Origin: Mobula hypostoma
Taxonomy: Eukaryota
NCBI RefSeq assembly: GCF_963921235.1
Contig: NC_086097.1
Location: 57,538,001-57,602,000 of the forward strand
Reading direction: 5' to 3'
Length of the DNA: 64,000 nt
Each line of letters opens with the position of its first letter. The first letter of the stretch is position 1. This document shows, in pieces, positions 39,530 to 51,479 of this stretch. The translations under genes were made by a program, and so were the position numbers. A model generated the notes under the pieces. The model worked only from the letters and a program-made list of their open reading frames with translations, was not told the DNA's origin and ran no database searches.

Positions 39530-40452
39530 AGTCTCTTGAGTCTTGAGCTTGGCTGCAGGACCCTCGAGCCTTGGGTTCTTGAGTCTTGAGTTTAACTGCA
39601 GGATTGTCAAGGCTAGGGTTCTTGGAGCTCAGAGACAGACTGGGAACTGAAAATCAACATAGAGCCAGGACTTATCCTTCAACAAGCCAGGACTCATCTT
39701 TAACATGACACTAACCTGAGACAGGACAGAACATAAACAGAGTCAGGACTTATCCTGAGACAAGCCAGGACTCAACTTCATCTGCACACCAAGGTGGGAC
39801 AGGTCTCTCCATCAGGTAACAGCAGAATGGCTAGACTTACCCAACAGAGGCAAAGCCAAGTCAAGACAGATTCCACCCCCCCCACACAGGGCAACAGCAA
39901 AACAGTCTGACTTACCCCACAGAGGCAAGGACAAGACAAGACAAGACCCCCATAGGGCAATGGCAAAACAGCCTGACTTACTCCACAGAGGCAAGGACAA
40001 GAGACAACACCAAAGAACAGACAGATAGATCCATCTCTGCTCCAGGGTAGCTCTGAGTCTCAGTTCAGCCAGCAACCTCAGCTGGCTACAGATACATCCA
40101 GATCCCTACCTAGCTCAGAGTAGCAGGCAGCCACTCAGCTGGCCCAGGAAACAGCCAAATCCATATCACAAAGACTACTCCAACAAGTGGCAACAAGGCT
40201 CCATGAAGCAGTGGTTCTCCAACCAAGCCTAGAGATCACAAATGGTTTCACTAGCAGATTGCTCTAAGGGGGACTGACAGGACAAACCAGCAGCCCACCC
40301 CCACCCCCAAGGCTACTTATATTGCAAGCCCAAAGATGGGAATCAGGTGCCTATGATTAACTCAAACAAGGGACAGCTGGAAGACCCGGAGTCCTGAGTC
40401 CACGGACCAGACCGTGAACTGGAATGCGGACTTCACGGACCGGACCATGACA
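39530..40452 (-). mobile_element. LTR-like element with internal tandem repeats, one end visible
   Basis: Minus strand begins TGTCATGGTCC at 40452, then cacctg and tataa motifs; two ~80-bp and three ~65-bp imperfect direct repeats at 39635-40010. Confidence 0.5.
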
Positions 40453-40599
40453 GTACCTTAATATTGTGAATCAGGACGTACCTGCAGAATGGGATAATGT
40501 GCAAGAGACAATTAGGAAAGAGATCAGGCATCAGAAAGAAACAATGAGGGAAAAAAAAGTGATACATTCTGACAATCTGGTGACTTGCATCCTAAGGTT

Positions 40600-41670
40600 T
40601 TTGTTGAGGATGGCCATAATGTCAAAGTTCAATAGATTCTAGAATGGTTCCCACAGATTAAAAGGCAGCAAATGACATCTCATTATTTAAGAAAGGAGAG
40701 AAGAAGAAAATGGAGAACTACAGACCAGTTTGCCTCAGGAGTAGGGAAATGCTATTAAGGAGTACAATAGCATTAAGATTGGGCAGTATTAACATGCTTT
40801 TATGAAAGAAATTCCTGTTTTGCAATTCATATAGTGAGTTCTTGAGGTTGCTACTGGCAGTGGATGTGGTGTACGTGAACTGACTGAAAGCCTTTGATAA
40901 GGTGTCATACAAGTGATTATTAAAGAAAATGAGACTATATGGCTTTTGGGGTAATATACCGATTTGATTTCATGACAGAAAATAGAGAGTGGGAACAAAA
41001 GGATCACATTTGGCTTGTGAGACTGTAATGAGTGAGTGCTGCAGCTATTCATAATCAACGTCAGTGATCTAGCTGAAGAGTTCAAAGATAATGTATCCAG
41101 TTTTACTGACGCAAACCTGGTAGAGGTTGGGTTTGTGGTGATTGCAGACAGCAAGTCAAGTGAATGGCTCAGGGTATGGGAAATGAAGACAATGTGGGGA
41201 AAATGTAAAGTTATCTGTAATGGACAAAAAATAGAAAGTCATAATATTTTTAAACTGATGACAGATTGAAAGTTCCTGAAATTAGAAGTGACTTGGTGTT
41301 CTTATGCTAAAATATTTAGTGATAAAATTTGCAGGTATGGTATGCAATTAAAAAGGCAAGCTACATGTTAGTCTTTATTGCAATAAATATTTGAGTACAA
41401 AAATAAATGCATATTAGTAGAATTTTATAAAATGCTGGGGAGACCGTATCTGGAATATTTCGTACGTCTGGTCTCCCTTCTTAAGGAAGGACATACATGT
41501 GACAGAGGGACTATAATAAAGATTTACCAATTGATCCTTGGGCTGAGATCTTATCCTTTGAGGAGGCGTTGATAAGATTGGGCTTATATTCTCTAGAGTT
41601 CAGAAGACAAGGGGGTAATCCATTTGAAATTAGTAAATTCTTACGGGGCTTGACAGGATAGATTCAGGGA
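40600..41670 (+). mobile_element. Ancient CR1 RT remnant
   Basis: FKKGEK...NYRPVCL, KAFDKVS and LGRPYLEY remnants. Confidence 0.65.
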
Positions 41671-41674
41671 TAAA

Positions 41675-41890
41675 AAAATAGAAACTGCAGAAAAATAGCT
41701 CAGCAAACCAGGCAGTTTTTGTGGGAACAGAAACAGTTAATGTTTTAGATTGAAGACGTGTCATCAGAACTGAGCAGAGTTCCGATGAAGGGACTTCAAC
41801 AGAAAAATTAATTGTTTCACTTTCCACAGATGGCCTGATCTGTTGAGTTATTTTCCTGCATTTTCTGTCATTTCAGAGTTGCAGCACCTG
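41675..41890. mobile_element. Old palindromic Penelope terminal-repeat insertion
   Basis: Degenerate inverted arms centred near 41775, each with a decayed hammerhead-like core (tcatcag / ccgatgaaggg...gaaa). Confidence 0.55.
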
Positions 41891-42397
41891 CAACTGAGGA
41901 GAAAGGAACTGGGAAGATTTTTTCTTTGTCCTGAGGAAATGTTCCTGGATGAAAAAAAGAAGCAGCATTCATTCAAAGGAGAAAAGGTGGAAGAAATAGA
42001 AATTTAAGAGCATCTCCACCCTGAGCTAGAGAGCACTAGATTTTTTTGGTATGTGCAACCTGTAATTCTGTGAATTGGTTGTTAAACATGGAATAACTGT
42101 CGGGATTTTTGAATCATATGTCTTAAATTTATGTTCAGTGTTATCATGGTGAACTAGGCCTCATAGCTAAGACCCAAAAGTATCAAAATAACTTGTTACT
42201 TTACGCCAACAAAATGAGGATGCTCAATCTAGTGCTTTATACAGAAACCCAGAATTACAACTTGTTAACTGCAAATTATCTTGAAAATATAGTTCAAGCA
42301 TGAAACAGGATGTTATTAAGGATATTATAGGAGTTATAAAAATGCTAACAGTTTATTTGCATTTCTCTCTTAAATTTAACTATTTTGGTTTGCTCAG

Positions 42398-42526
42398 GAT
42401 GAAGATCCTCCCAGTGAGGGACAAGTTATCTCAAAGCCATGCAAAGGACTACACAAGTACTCACTTGGCAGAATGTTACCCAAAGTTAGCCAGTGTATAT
42501 ATCCTCCACAAGTACATCATCATGAG
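42398..42526 (+). CDS. KIAA0586: TALPID3 coding exon (window exon 8), symmetric phase 0-0, 129 nt
   Basis: gctcag|GAT acceptor, GAG|gtaaaa donor. DEDPPSEGQVISKPCKGLHKYSLGRMLPKVSQCIYPPQVHHHE, cf. human EDDPPSEGQVI. Confidence 0.9.
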
Positions 42527-43552
42527 GTAAAATGTAGTGTACTTTGTAATAGGTTTGTTGCTTTGTATGGATTCTCCATTAACTATGTACTACACCAAAG
42601 TAGAGTCTGGATGCTACATGGAAAAATGCTTCAAGGATTCTGATGATTACTGAGAAAGAGAAAGGCCATTAGGAATCCATAATATTGCCTCCAGAAAAGA
42701 AAGCCATATTTTATAAACTTATTTAAATTTTTCTGAGAAAGTCATCGGGGGCAGGGGTGGGGGTGTTGGTGGATGAAAAAAATTCTGGTTGTTGCGTCTA
42801 TCTGGAGGTCAAAGTCTGTTGTCAATAGGAATTTGACTCATTGATTAAAGAATTGGCTGCATTCTTGTAGGCAAAAAGTTGCAGAAACTCAACAGTTCCA
42901 TTGCTTCCAAATTTAAATTTTCAGATTAATTTTTTTCACATTCTAACCCTAAGCTTTTTCCTTCCCAGGAGTTTGCATTGTTGCTAGTAGGAAGAAAGTC
43001 TGATTACTGATTACGTACAAATTAAATGTCCTCCATCATTTAATAATGTTTGTGACTGATTGAACTGTAACATCAACACTGCATTGCCATCAGTCCACAG
43101 TAACATTCAATCCCGTACTTATCAAGCATCTTTTTTTTGTTCTTTAAAAATATTAATGTTCAGCAACTTCTCCATTGTACTTTGAGGCAGTAGTGAGCTC
43201 TCTGAACCTAAGTAAAAATACTTATGTAATAGATTGATTCTTAGGATGGGAGGTTTGTCCTATAAGGAGATTTTAGGCATACCAATTTAATTATCTCTAG
43301 TATTTAATAGAATGAGAAGTGATCTAACTAAAACACAGAATATTTATATGAGGCTTGGCAGAATAGATTCAGGGCTGATGCTTCACCTAACTGGGGTGTC
43401 TCAAAATAAGTGGTACCATACAGTACTGAGATTTCTTCACCCTGAAGCTGTTATTACTGAACCTTTGAAATATCTTTTCCCAGAGAAAATCAAGACCCAG
43501 TCAATGAGTATATTCTTGACAAGGTTTGGTGCTTTTTTTGAATGGATATATA

Positions 43553-44977
43553 CAGTGCCATGCAAAAGTTTGGGCACCCCTGGTCAAAATTTCTGTTACT
43601 GTGAATAGCTAAGCGAGTAAAAGATGACCTGATTTCCAAAAGGCATTAAGTTAAAGATGACACATTAATATTTTAAGCAAGATTACTTTTTTACTTCCAT
43701 CTTTTACAGTTTTATAATAACAAAAAAGGAAAAGGGCCCGAAGCAAAAGTTTGGGCACCCTGCATGGTCAGTACTTAGTAACACCCCCTTTGGCAAGTAT
43801 CACAGCTTGTAAACGCTTTCTATAGCCAGCTAAGAGTCTTGTCTGGGGGATTTTCGCCAATTCTTCCTTGCAAAAGGCTTCTAGTTCTGTGATATTTCTG
43901 GGCCGACTTGCATGCACTGCTCTTTTGAGGTCTATCTACAGATTTTCGATGATGTTTAGGTCGGGGGACTGTGAGGGCCATGGCAAAACCTTCAGCTTGC
44001 ACCTCTTGAGGTAGTCCATTGTGGATTTTCAGGTGTGATTAGGATCATTATCCTGTTGTAGAAGCCATCCTCTTTTTATCTTCAGCTTTTTTACAGGGTG
44101 TGAAGTTTTCTTCCAGAATTTGCTGGTATTTAATTGAATTCATTCTTCTCTCTACCAGTAAAATGTCTTGCATGCCACTGGCTGCAACAAAGCCCAAAGC
44201 ATGATCGATCCAACCCCGTGCTTAACAGTTGGAGAAGTGTTCTTTTCATGAACTTCTGCACCCTTTTTTCTCCAAACGTATTTTTCTCCAAGCTCATTGC
44301 GGCCAAATGTTCTATTTTAACTTCGTCAGTCCACAGGACTTGTTTCCAAAATACATCAGGCTTGTTTAGATGTTCCTTTGTAAACTTCTGACGCTGAATT
44401 TTGTGGTGAGGACGCAGGAAAGGTTTTCTTCTGATGACTCTTCCATGAAGGTCATATTTGTGCAGGTGTCGCTGCACAGTAGAACACTGCACCACCACTC
44501 CAGAGTCTGCTAAATCTTCCTGAAGGTCTTTTGCAGTCAAATGAGGGTTTTGATTTGCCTTTCTAGCAATCCTACGAGCAGTTCTCTCGGAAAGTTTTCT
44601 TGGTCTCCCAGAGCTCAACTTGACCTACACCGTTCCTGTTAACTGCCATTTCTTAATTACATTACGAACTGAGGAAACGGCTACCTGAAAACGCTTTGCT
44701 ACCTTCTTATAGCCTTCTCCTGCTTTGTGGGCATCATTTATTTTAATTTTCAGAGTGCTAGGCAGCTGCTTAGAGGAGCCAATGGCTGCTGATTGTTGGG
44801 GCAAGGTTTGAGGAGTCAAAGTATTTATAAAGCTTTGAAATTTGTACCACCTGGCCTTTCCTAATGATGACTGTGAACAAACCATAGCCCTAACAAACTA
44901 ATTCAGGTCTGAGACCTTGGTAAAAGTTATCTGAGAGCTCAAATCTCTTGGGGTGCTCAAACCTTTGCATGTCACTG
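43553..44977 (-). mobile_element. Tc1-family DNA transposon (DD34E type), defective
   Basis: TA-flanked TIRs cagtgccatgcaaaagtttgggcacccc and ggggtgctcaaacctttgcatgtcactg. Transposase remnants GEGYKKVAKRF, GRPRKLS, WTDE, QQDNDP and SPDLNIIEN, with frameshifts and the probable start ATG mutated. Confidence 0.93.
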
Positions 44978-46149
44978 TATGTGTGTGTGTGTATGTGTAA
45001 TGTAATGATGTAAAGATGATGTAATGTTAGTAAGCCCCACCTGCGGAGGGGTAAAAATGAGGTTTATCAATTTTTTTAATAAAAGAACTTGGAAAAAAAA
45101 AGCTATGCAAGAATGGGCATGTCTTATGAGGCATGGACAAGCAACTGAAACGCAGCAAACTGTAGAAACTAGCTAAAAATACAAACTGTTAAAAATGGAA
45201 CTAGTAGTTAGTATCTCTCCCTACTTAGTGGAAATCCTCAGGGTGAAACCCCTGGAAGAGAGATGATTTCAATAAAAGATTTATGAAGCTATGGCTATAG
45301 CAAGCACCAGCAATAGCGAGACGATATCAGCAGAGAGTAGTGTCCAAGATCTCTACCATGCAAGTGGGAATTAGTTCTGTTAAATCATACCAAGGGATTT
45401 GGTTGGTTTTTTTTTTGAGTATATATTGTGAATCATCTTTCTGTGGATACCCACCATTTCATCCAACAAAGCAAGAAACAAGACAGTGAGCCACCTAAGA
45501 TCGAAGAACCAGTGCGGTAACGAAATGCTTCAAGATGTAGAGGATTTAATTCGGCTGGATGTATAAGTTTACTTCTCATGCGAAGGATCTGAATTTGCTT
45601 TTCAGGAAGAACTGATTTTTTTTGAAGACTTTGATAAGTGACTGAATGAGATTAATTTTGTTTAAAAGTTGTGATATTGGAGAATTTGTTGTGAAAGGAG
45701 TTAAGCTGTATATATTTTTTTGAATTTGAATTTGTAGACATACTGACCTGAAACTGAAACTGAGGTTAACCATAATACTAAAAAAAAATAGGAATTCAGT
45801 AAGTTTCCTAACTAACTAGAGATAAATAAAAAGGCAACTGTTAGTCTGTAAACTTTTAAATAAGGAATCACACTAGATCTAATTAGTTAAAGAAATTGGA
45901 GTAATAAAGGTTATTCTAATGAATCTAACTGATTCTAACTAAAAAGGAAGTTGGTTTTTGTTGATACCTGACATTTGGAACCTAAGCAGAATGTTTAAAT
46001 TTTGAATGGTGCCTACTCATGTAAATATTTTGTTTATATATCTTTTTATAAACAAAACTTACCTTCAGAAGTATGTTTTCTATTCACTGCCTCCTTTCGA
46101 TACCTAGAGCTTCTGATCAACCACTAGCACCTAGATTAGTACTACGTAA

Positions 46150-47260
46150 TTAGATTTTCTCATAAAGAGTGCAGCGACCAGTTGCAGGAGATAAGACAAG
46201 CACTACACAGGTGTTATAGATAGCTGGAGAGAAATAAGCAGTAACACAATTCAGAACTGTTCTGCTCAGTGTGGTTTCAAGCATTCAGGCTTCAAGAATG
46301 CTAGAAATGACTGTGAGTGAAAGTGAAACAATTTCAATACTTCATCAAGTTACGAAGAATTTGAAGGTATCAACAATCATCTTGAATGTTACAATGAAAA
46401 AGAAGATTTGGAGGATGCAATCATCAAAAGCACTGTATGAAGGAAGTCCGTTATCTGCACTCGGTGTCTGCGCTGACTTTGTTCAGTTGGTGGTTGTCTG
46501 TCGTATCCACCGATGACAGGAAACCTGTGTGGGAGAGTTTTTAAAGTGGAGAAGCCGTTGCACTGGGGTAGTTCCACTCTTTCAACCTCAGAAGTCCTGG
46601 TTCAGTGGTCACAGATGGGGTCTTCCTGGTTGCAGTGATGACCATGATTTATTTTATGCTTTATTATTTGCTTTCCATGGAGTGTTGCAGAACTGCCTTC
46701 TTGGCAGTTGGATCTCACTGTAAATCTCATACACCCACTCCACCAGAAATGACTTCACATGCATATCACCTATATCACTGGGGTATAAGGCCCACCAGAT
46801 ATCCTCAGCTGGTTTAGCTCGCCCATTGAAGCAGTGTACCAGGGGTGTGGCCATCGTTGCATGCAAACAGCTACTTGGAGCCACAGGTGAGCGCCGAGTG
46901 TCTTGGGGAAGGGGAGAACCAAAAGTGAGTGAGCTGGCCCAGACTGGACATGACAAAGCCCTTCACCAGAGGTGATGCCCCTCCCTGGATGCACCGTACA
47001 TGACAACATAGAGTGGACGAATTCCTCCATGGATAACTGTTAGAAATAGCACACTGTTTTATAGTACTGCAGAGGTATTGGTAGTGTTCTAATTTGTCCT
47101 GTATTTAACTTAAATACATAATCTGTTATTCAGTTAATCAGAAGTTTGTCTTTTTTTTAATACTTCTTTAACTATTTCCATGAAACTTTGGCTAATTGGG
47201 GCGGCAGCTTAACTGTGCCAAAATATACTGGTCCCGATGTGTTCCAACCAGAATCCACTG
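46150..47260 (+). mobile_element. pogo/Tigger-like DNA transposon 3' remnant, with an unrelated (possibly RTE-derived) insert at about 46490-47035
   Basis: DSWREISSNTIQNCSAQCGF resembles the Tigger AW..V...TI.NCF..GF motif; terminus ...gaatccactg followed by TA at 47261. Confidence 0.55.
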
Positions 47261-47267
47261 TATATCT

Positions 47268-48935
47268 TAGAGTCATAGAAAAGAACAACACAGAAACAGG
47301 CCATTCAGCCCATCTAGTCCATGCAAAAACCATTTAAACTACCTACTCCCATTGACCTGCACCAGGACCAGAGCCCTCCATACCCCTACTATCTATGTAC
47401 TTATCCAAACTTCATTTAAACGTCAAAATCGAGCTCACATGCACCACATGTGCTGGCAACTCATTCCACACTCATGACCCTCTGAGTGAAGAAGTTTCCA
47501 CTCATATTCCTTTTAAACTTTTCACCTTTCACCCTTAACCCATGACGTTTGGTTGTAATCCCACCCAACCTCAGTACGAAAAGCCTGCATGCATTTACCC
47601 TATAAAATCTCCTCTCAATTCTCTATATTCCAAGGAATGAAGTCCTATCCTATTCGATCTCAGGTACTCCAGACCGGGCAACATCCTTGTAAATTTTCTC
47701 TTTACTCTTTCAACCTTATTTACATCTTTCCTGTAGGTAGATAACCAAAACTGCACACAATACTCCAAATTAGGCCTCACCAATGTCTTGTACAACTTCA
47801 ACATAACATCCCATCTCCTGTACTCAATACTTTGATTTACAAAGGCCAATGTGCCAAAAGCTTTTTTTATGACCCTATCTACCTGTGATACCACTTTCAA
47901 TGACTTATGGACCTGTATTCCCAGATCCCTTTGTTCTACCGCACTCCTTGGTGCCCTACCATTCACTGTGTAAGAACTACACTGGTTGGTCTTACCAAAG
48001 TGCAAGACCTCGCACTTTGTCTGCGTTAGGTTCCATCGGCCATTTTTCAGCCCATTTTTCCAGCTGATCCAGATCTCTCTGCAAGCCATGATAGCCTTCC
48101 TTACTGACCACTGCACCCCAATCTTGGCGTCATCCGCAAATTTGCTGATCCAGTTAACCACGTTATTATCCAGATCATTGATAAAGATGACAAACAACAA
48201 CAGACCCAGCAGCAATCCTTCCAGCACACCACTAGTCACAGGCCTCCAGTCAGAAAGGCAACCATCTACTACCACTCACTGGCTTCTCCCACAAAGCCAG
48301 TTTACTACCTCATCTTGAATGCTGAGCGACTGAACCTTCTTGACTAACCTCCCAATGGGACCTTGTCAAATGCCTTACCAAAGTCCATGTCGACAACATC
48401 CACTGCCTTGCCTTCATTTACTTTCCTGGTAACTTCCTTAAAAAACTCTATAAGATTAGTTAGACATGACCTACCATGCATGAAGCTATGCTGTCTATCT
48501 TTAATCAGTCCATATCTATTCAAATACTTATATATCTGGTCCCTTAGAATACGTTCCAATAACTTTCCCACTACTGATGTCAGACTCAGTGGCCTATAAC
48601 TTCCTGGTTATGTTTAGAGCCTTTCTTAAACAGCAGAATAACATTGGCTATCCTCCAATCTTTTGGTACTTCTCCTGTCCCTAAGGATGTTTTAAATATC
48701 TCTGCTAGGCCCCCGGCAATATTTACATTTGTTTCCCATAGGCCCTGGGAATTCATCCACCCTGTTTTGCCTCAGGACAGCAAGACATCTCCTCTGTAAT
48801 CTGTATAGAGTCCATGAAGTTGGTGCCACTTGGCCTTACTTCTATAGACTGTTCTGAGTAAATCCAGATGCAAAAAATTTAAGATCTCCCTTGTCTATTT
48901 TGGCTCCACACATGGATTACCATTCTGATCTTCCA
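47268..48935 (-). mobile_element. CR1 RT fragment, degenerate
   Basis: ORFs 48571-48344 and 48275-47595 with SCLTNLIEFF, FADDAK and LVRPNLEYCVQFW. Confidence 0.88.
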
Positions 48936-48959
48936 ACATATGGAATACCATTCTTCTCT

Positions 48960-49252
48960 TTCATGTGTGTCTAACAAACAGAATAACAGGGCATGTATCA
49001 CCAGATTCAAGCTCAGCTTTTGAATGGACATCTCATGCATTAAAGATTAATTCTTGAAATCCCTATCTACCTTGTCACAGTCCTTGCACTTTATTTGTTG
49101 CCCTGCATTGCACCTTCTCTGTAGCGGCAACACCATATTTTGCATTCTCAATCTTTTTACTACCTCAGTATGTTTACATATGGCATTGTTCATCTGAGTG
49201 GCATGCTGCCGAAGTTTTTCTTCTCAGTGCAATTGACAATAAACCAATACCA
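48960..49252 (+). mobile_element. Rex-like 3' UTR fragment
   Basis: Similar to 1440-1740; ends aataaaccaataccaat. Confidence 0.5.
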
Positions 49253-49924
49253 ATGGTGGACAGTTAGGAATAGAAGCTTGTCAGCCTCGACATGCTTAGC
49301 TGGAGGACATCAGCATCTTTTTGTTGTGATGAATTTGTATATCTGTGGATTGGTTGTGAAAACAGGAAGGCTGGTGGGAATTGCCAATCATGTGATCTAG
49401 ATTTATTTTCAGGCTTATCATTGATGAACCAGGTTTCAGTAGCCAGGGCCAAAATACAAGAGTATCATGTTACTGTCCTCCAACAAAATTAGGATACCAA
49501 TCCTAAACTTCTAAAATAGCCCCAGAATTACAATTTATTAAGTCGAAATTATACTGAAAATATTGTTCAAACATGAACCAGGATCCCATTAGGGATAAAA
49601 AAAAGTTATAAATTCTAACTATGTCTACTGAGACTTCAAGAAAGCATTGGATTTCACAAGTTGAAGTATACTATCTCAGCAGGAGTTTGACTCATTGGTT
49701 TGGGAATTGGTTCCATTCCTATAACCCAGAGAATTGCCCTCACTCAGTAGTCCTTTGCTTGTTACATCTCCCAGACTAGTTTACATTACATGAGGAGTTG
49801 GGCAATAACTTTCCAATATAATTGTTCACATTATGGTCTTGAGTTCTTTTTCTTTCTCCAGTAGTTTGAAAGAGGAAGTTATATTGTACAAAAGTACAAT
49901 TTAAAGCTAATGCATCATTTAATA

Positions 49925-51350
49925 TTTGCCTGCCACCGAAACAGTTCTATGGCTAATGTCATCTTTCTGGCCCTACACTCATTTCTGGAGCATCTGGGCA
50001 GTAAAGACACTAATGTTAGAATACTGTTAATTGCCTACACCTCCACCTTCAATACTATAATTCCACCCAAACTCAACTCCAGACTCCTAAACCTGGGACT
50101 CAACCCCTCCTTTTGCAACAGGATCCTTGACTTCCTGACCAACAGACCGCTAGCAGTAAGGACAGACAACACCACAGCCACAATTATTCTCAACACTGCT
50201 GCCCCACAAGATTGCATTCTACTCCCTGTAGATTCACAACTGTGTGACCATATTCTGCTTTAACTTCGTCTGCATGTTTGCAGATGATAACACCTCACTG
50301 CGACATATCTCAAATACTGATGAGTCGGAGGACAGAAAAAAGAGAGAAAGCCAAGTGATATAGTATGATGACTGCAACCTTTCCCTCAATGTCAACAAAA
50401 CAAAGCACTGGTCAATGACTTAAGGTGTGGGGAGTTGTGTTGCAACGAATGAGGCGAACCCAAGCGCAGGACACAGGCACGGAGGATGTGTTTGGATGCA
50501 GACGCGGGCGTGAGCGTTGAGTGGCAAACAGGAGAGTGTGCAGGAAGGCAGGAGACAGGCAGAACTGATCTTGACACTGAGCGACTGAGTTTCACAGGTA
50601 AACCTCGGAACTGGAGTAGAACTTAGAAAACTTATCTTGACACGAAGAGACTGGGTTTCGCAGGTAATTCTTGGTCCTGAAGCAAAACTTAGAACACACA
50701 GTCCTAAGCGGCCGGGAAACGTTAATTACCACACAGGCAAAACCAACGATCTGGCAACTAGTGGATGTAAAGCTGGGGTTCTTATGCTGCAGGTCTTGAT
50801 GAAAACCAGGTATGCCATCATCAAAGGGAATTAGCAGAAAATGGGGAATTAACGGTCAAGACTGTGTCAAGTTGTAGTGCACATATTTCTGTACTTGGTG
50901 CTGAAGTTGAGAGGTTTAAGTGTTTCAAGTCACTAGGAGTGACCATCACCAACAGCCTGTCACCAGCGCTTTTGCTTTCTTAGAAGGCTACAGAAATTTG
51001 ACATATCTCCTTTGATCCTCACCAGTTTTTATCAATGCACCAATCTGGATGCATCACAGCTTGGAATGTCAACTGCTCTGCCCATGACCACAAGAAACTG
51101 CAGAGAGTTGTAGACAACAGTTCAGCACATGATGGGAACCAGCCTCCCCTCCATGGATTCTGTCTATACTTTTCAGTGCCTCTGTAAAGCGGCCAGCATG
51201 ATGAAACATCCCACTGCTCCAGACATTCTCTCTTGTTTTACCTTGTACTACTTCAGTGCACTGTTGTAATGAATTGATCTGTATGGATTGTCTGCAAGAT
51301 TAGTTTTTCACTGTACTTCAGCACATGTGACAATAGTAAATCAATTTACC
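49925..51350 (+). mobile_element. Rex1/Babar RT fragment, degenerate
   Basis: STFNTIIPPKL, CNRILDFLTNRP, NTAAPQDCIL, FADDNT and HKKLQRVV remnants. Confidence 0.8.
50438..50869. mobile_element. Solo LTR (432 bp) nested in the Rex fragment
   Basis: TG...CA termini with a 5-bp TSD agttg (50433-50437, 50870-50874); the host Rex sequence resumes afterwards. Confidence 0.75.
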
Positions 51351-51479
51351 AGTTTGATGCTTCATTTGATTGTAATGTCAATTATGGCTTAACCTTGCAC
51401 CTCTCTGCTCACCATGTATTACACTACTTTAAAAATATGCAAAGATTTCTTCCACTTCTCTTTGAGAAAGAGAAATTCA

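Noticed and set aside
39635..40010. CRISPR-like repeat/spacer array
   Set aside because: Imperfect adjacent tandem units without unique spacers, in vertebrate intronic DNA with no cas genes.
42300..42530. 76-aa ORF from the track
   Set aside because: Wrong frame; the real exon (42398-42526) reads DEDPPSEGQ in another frame.
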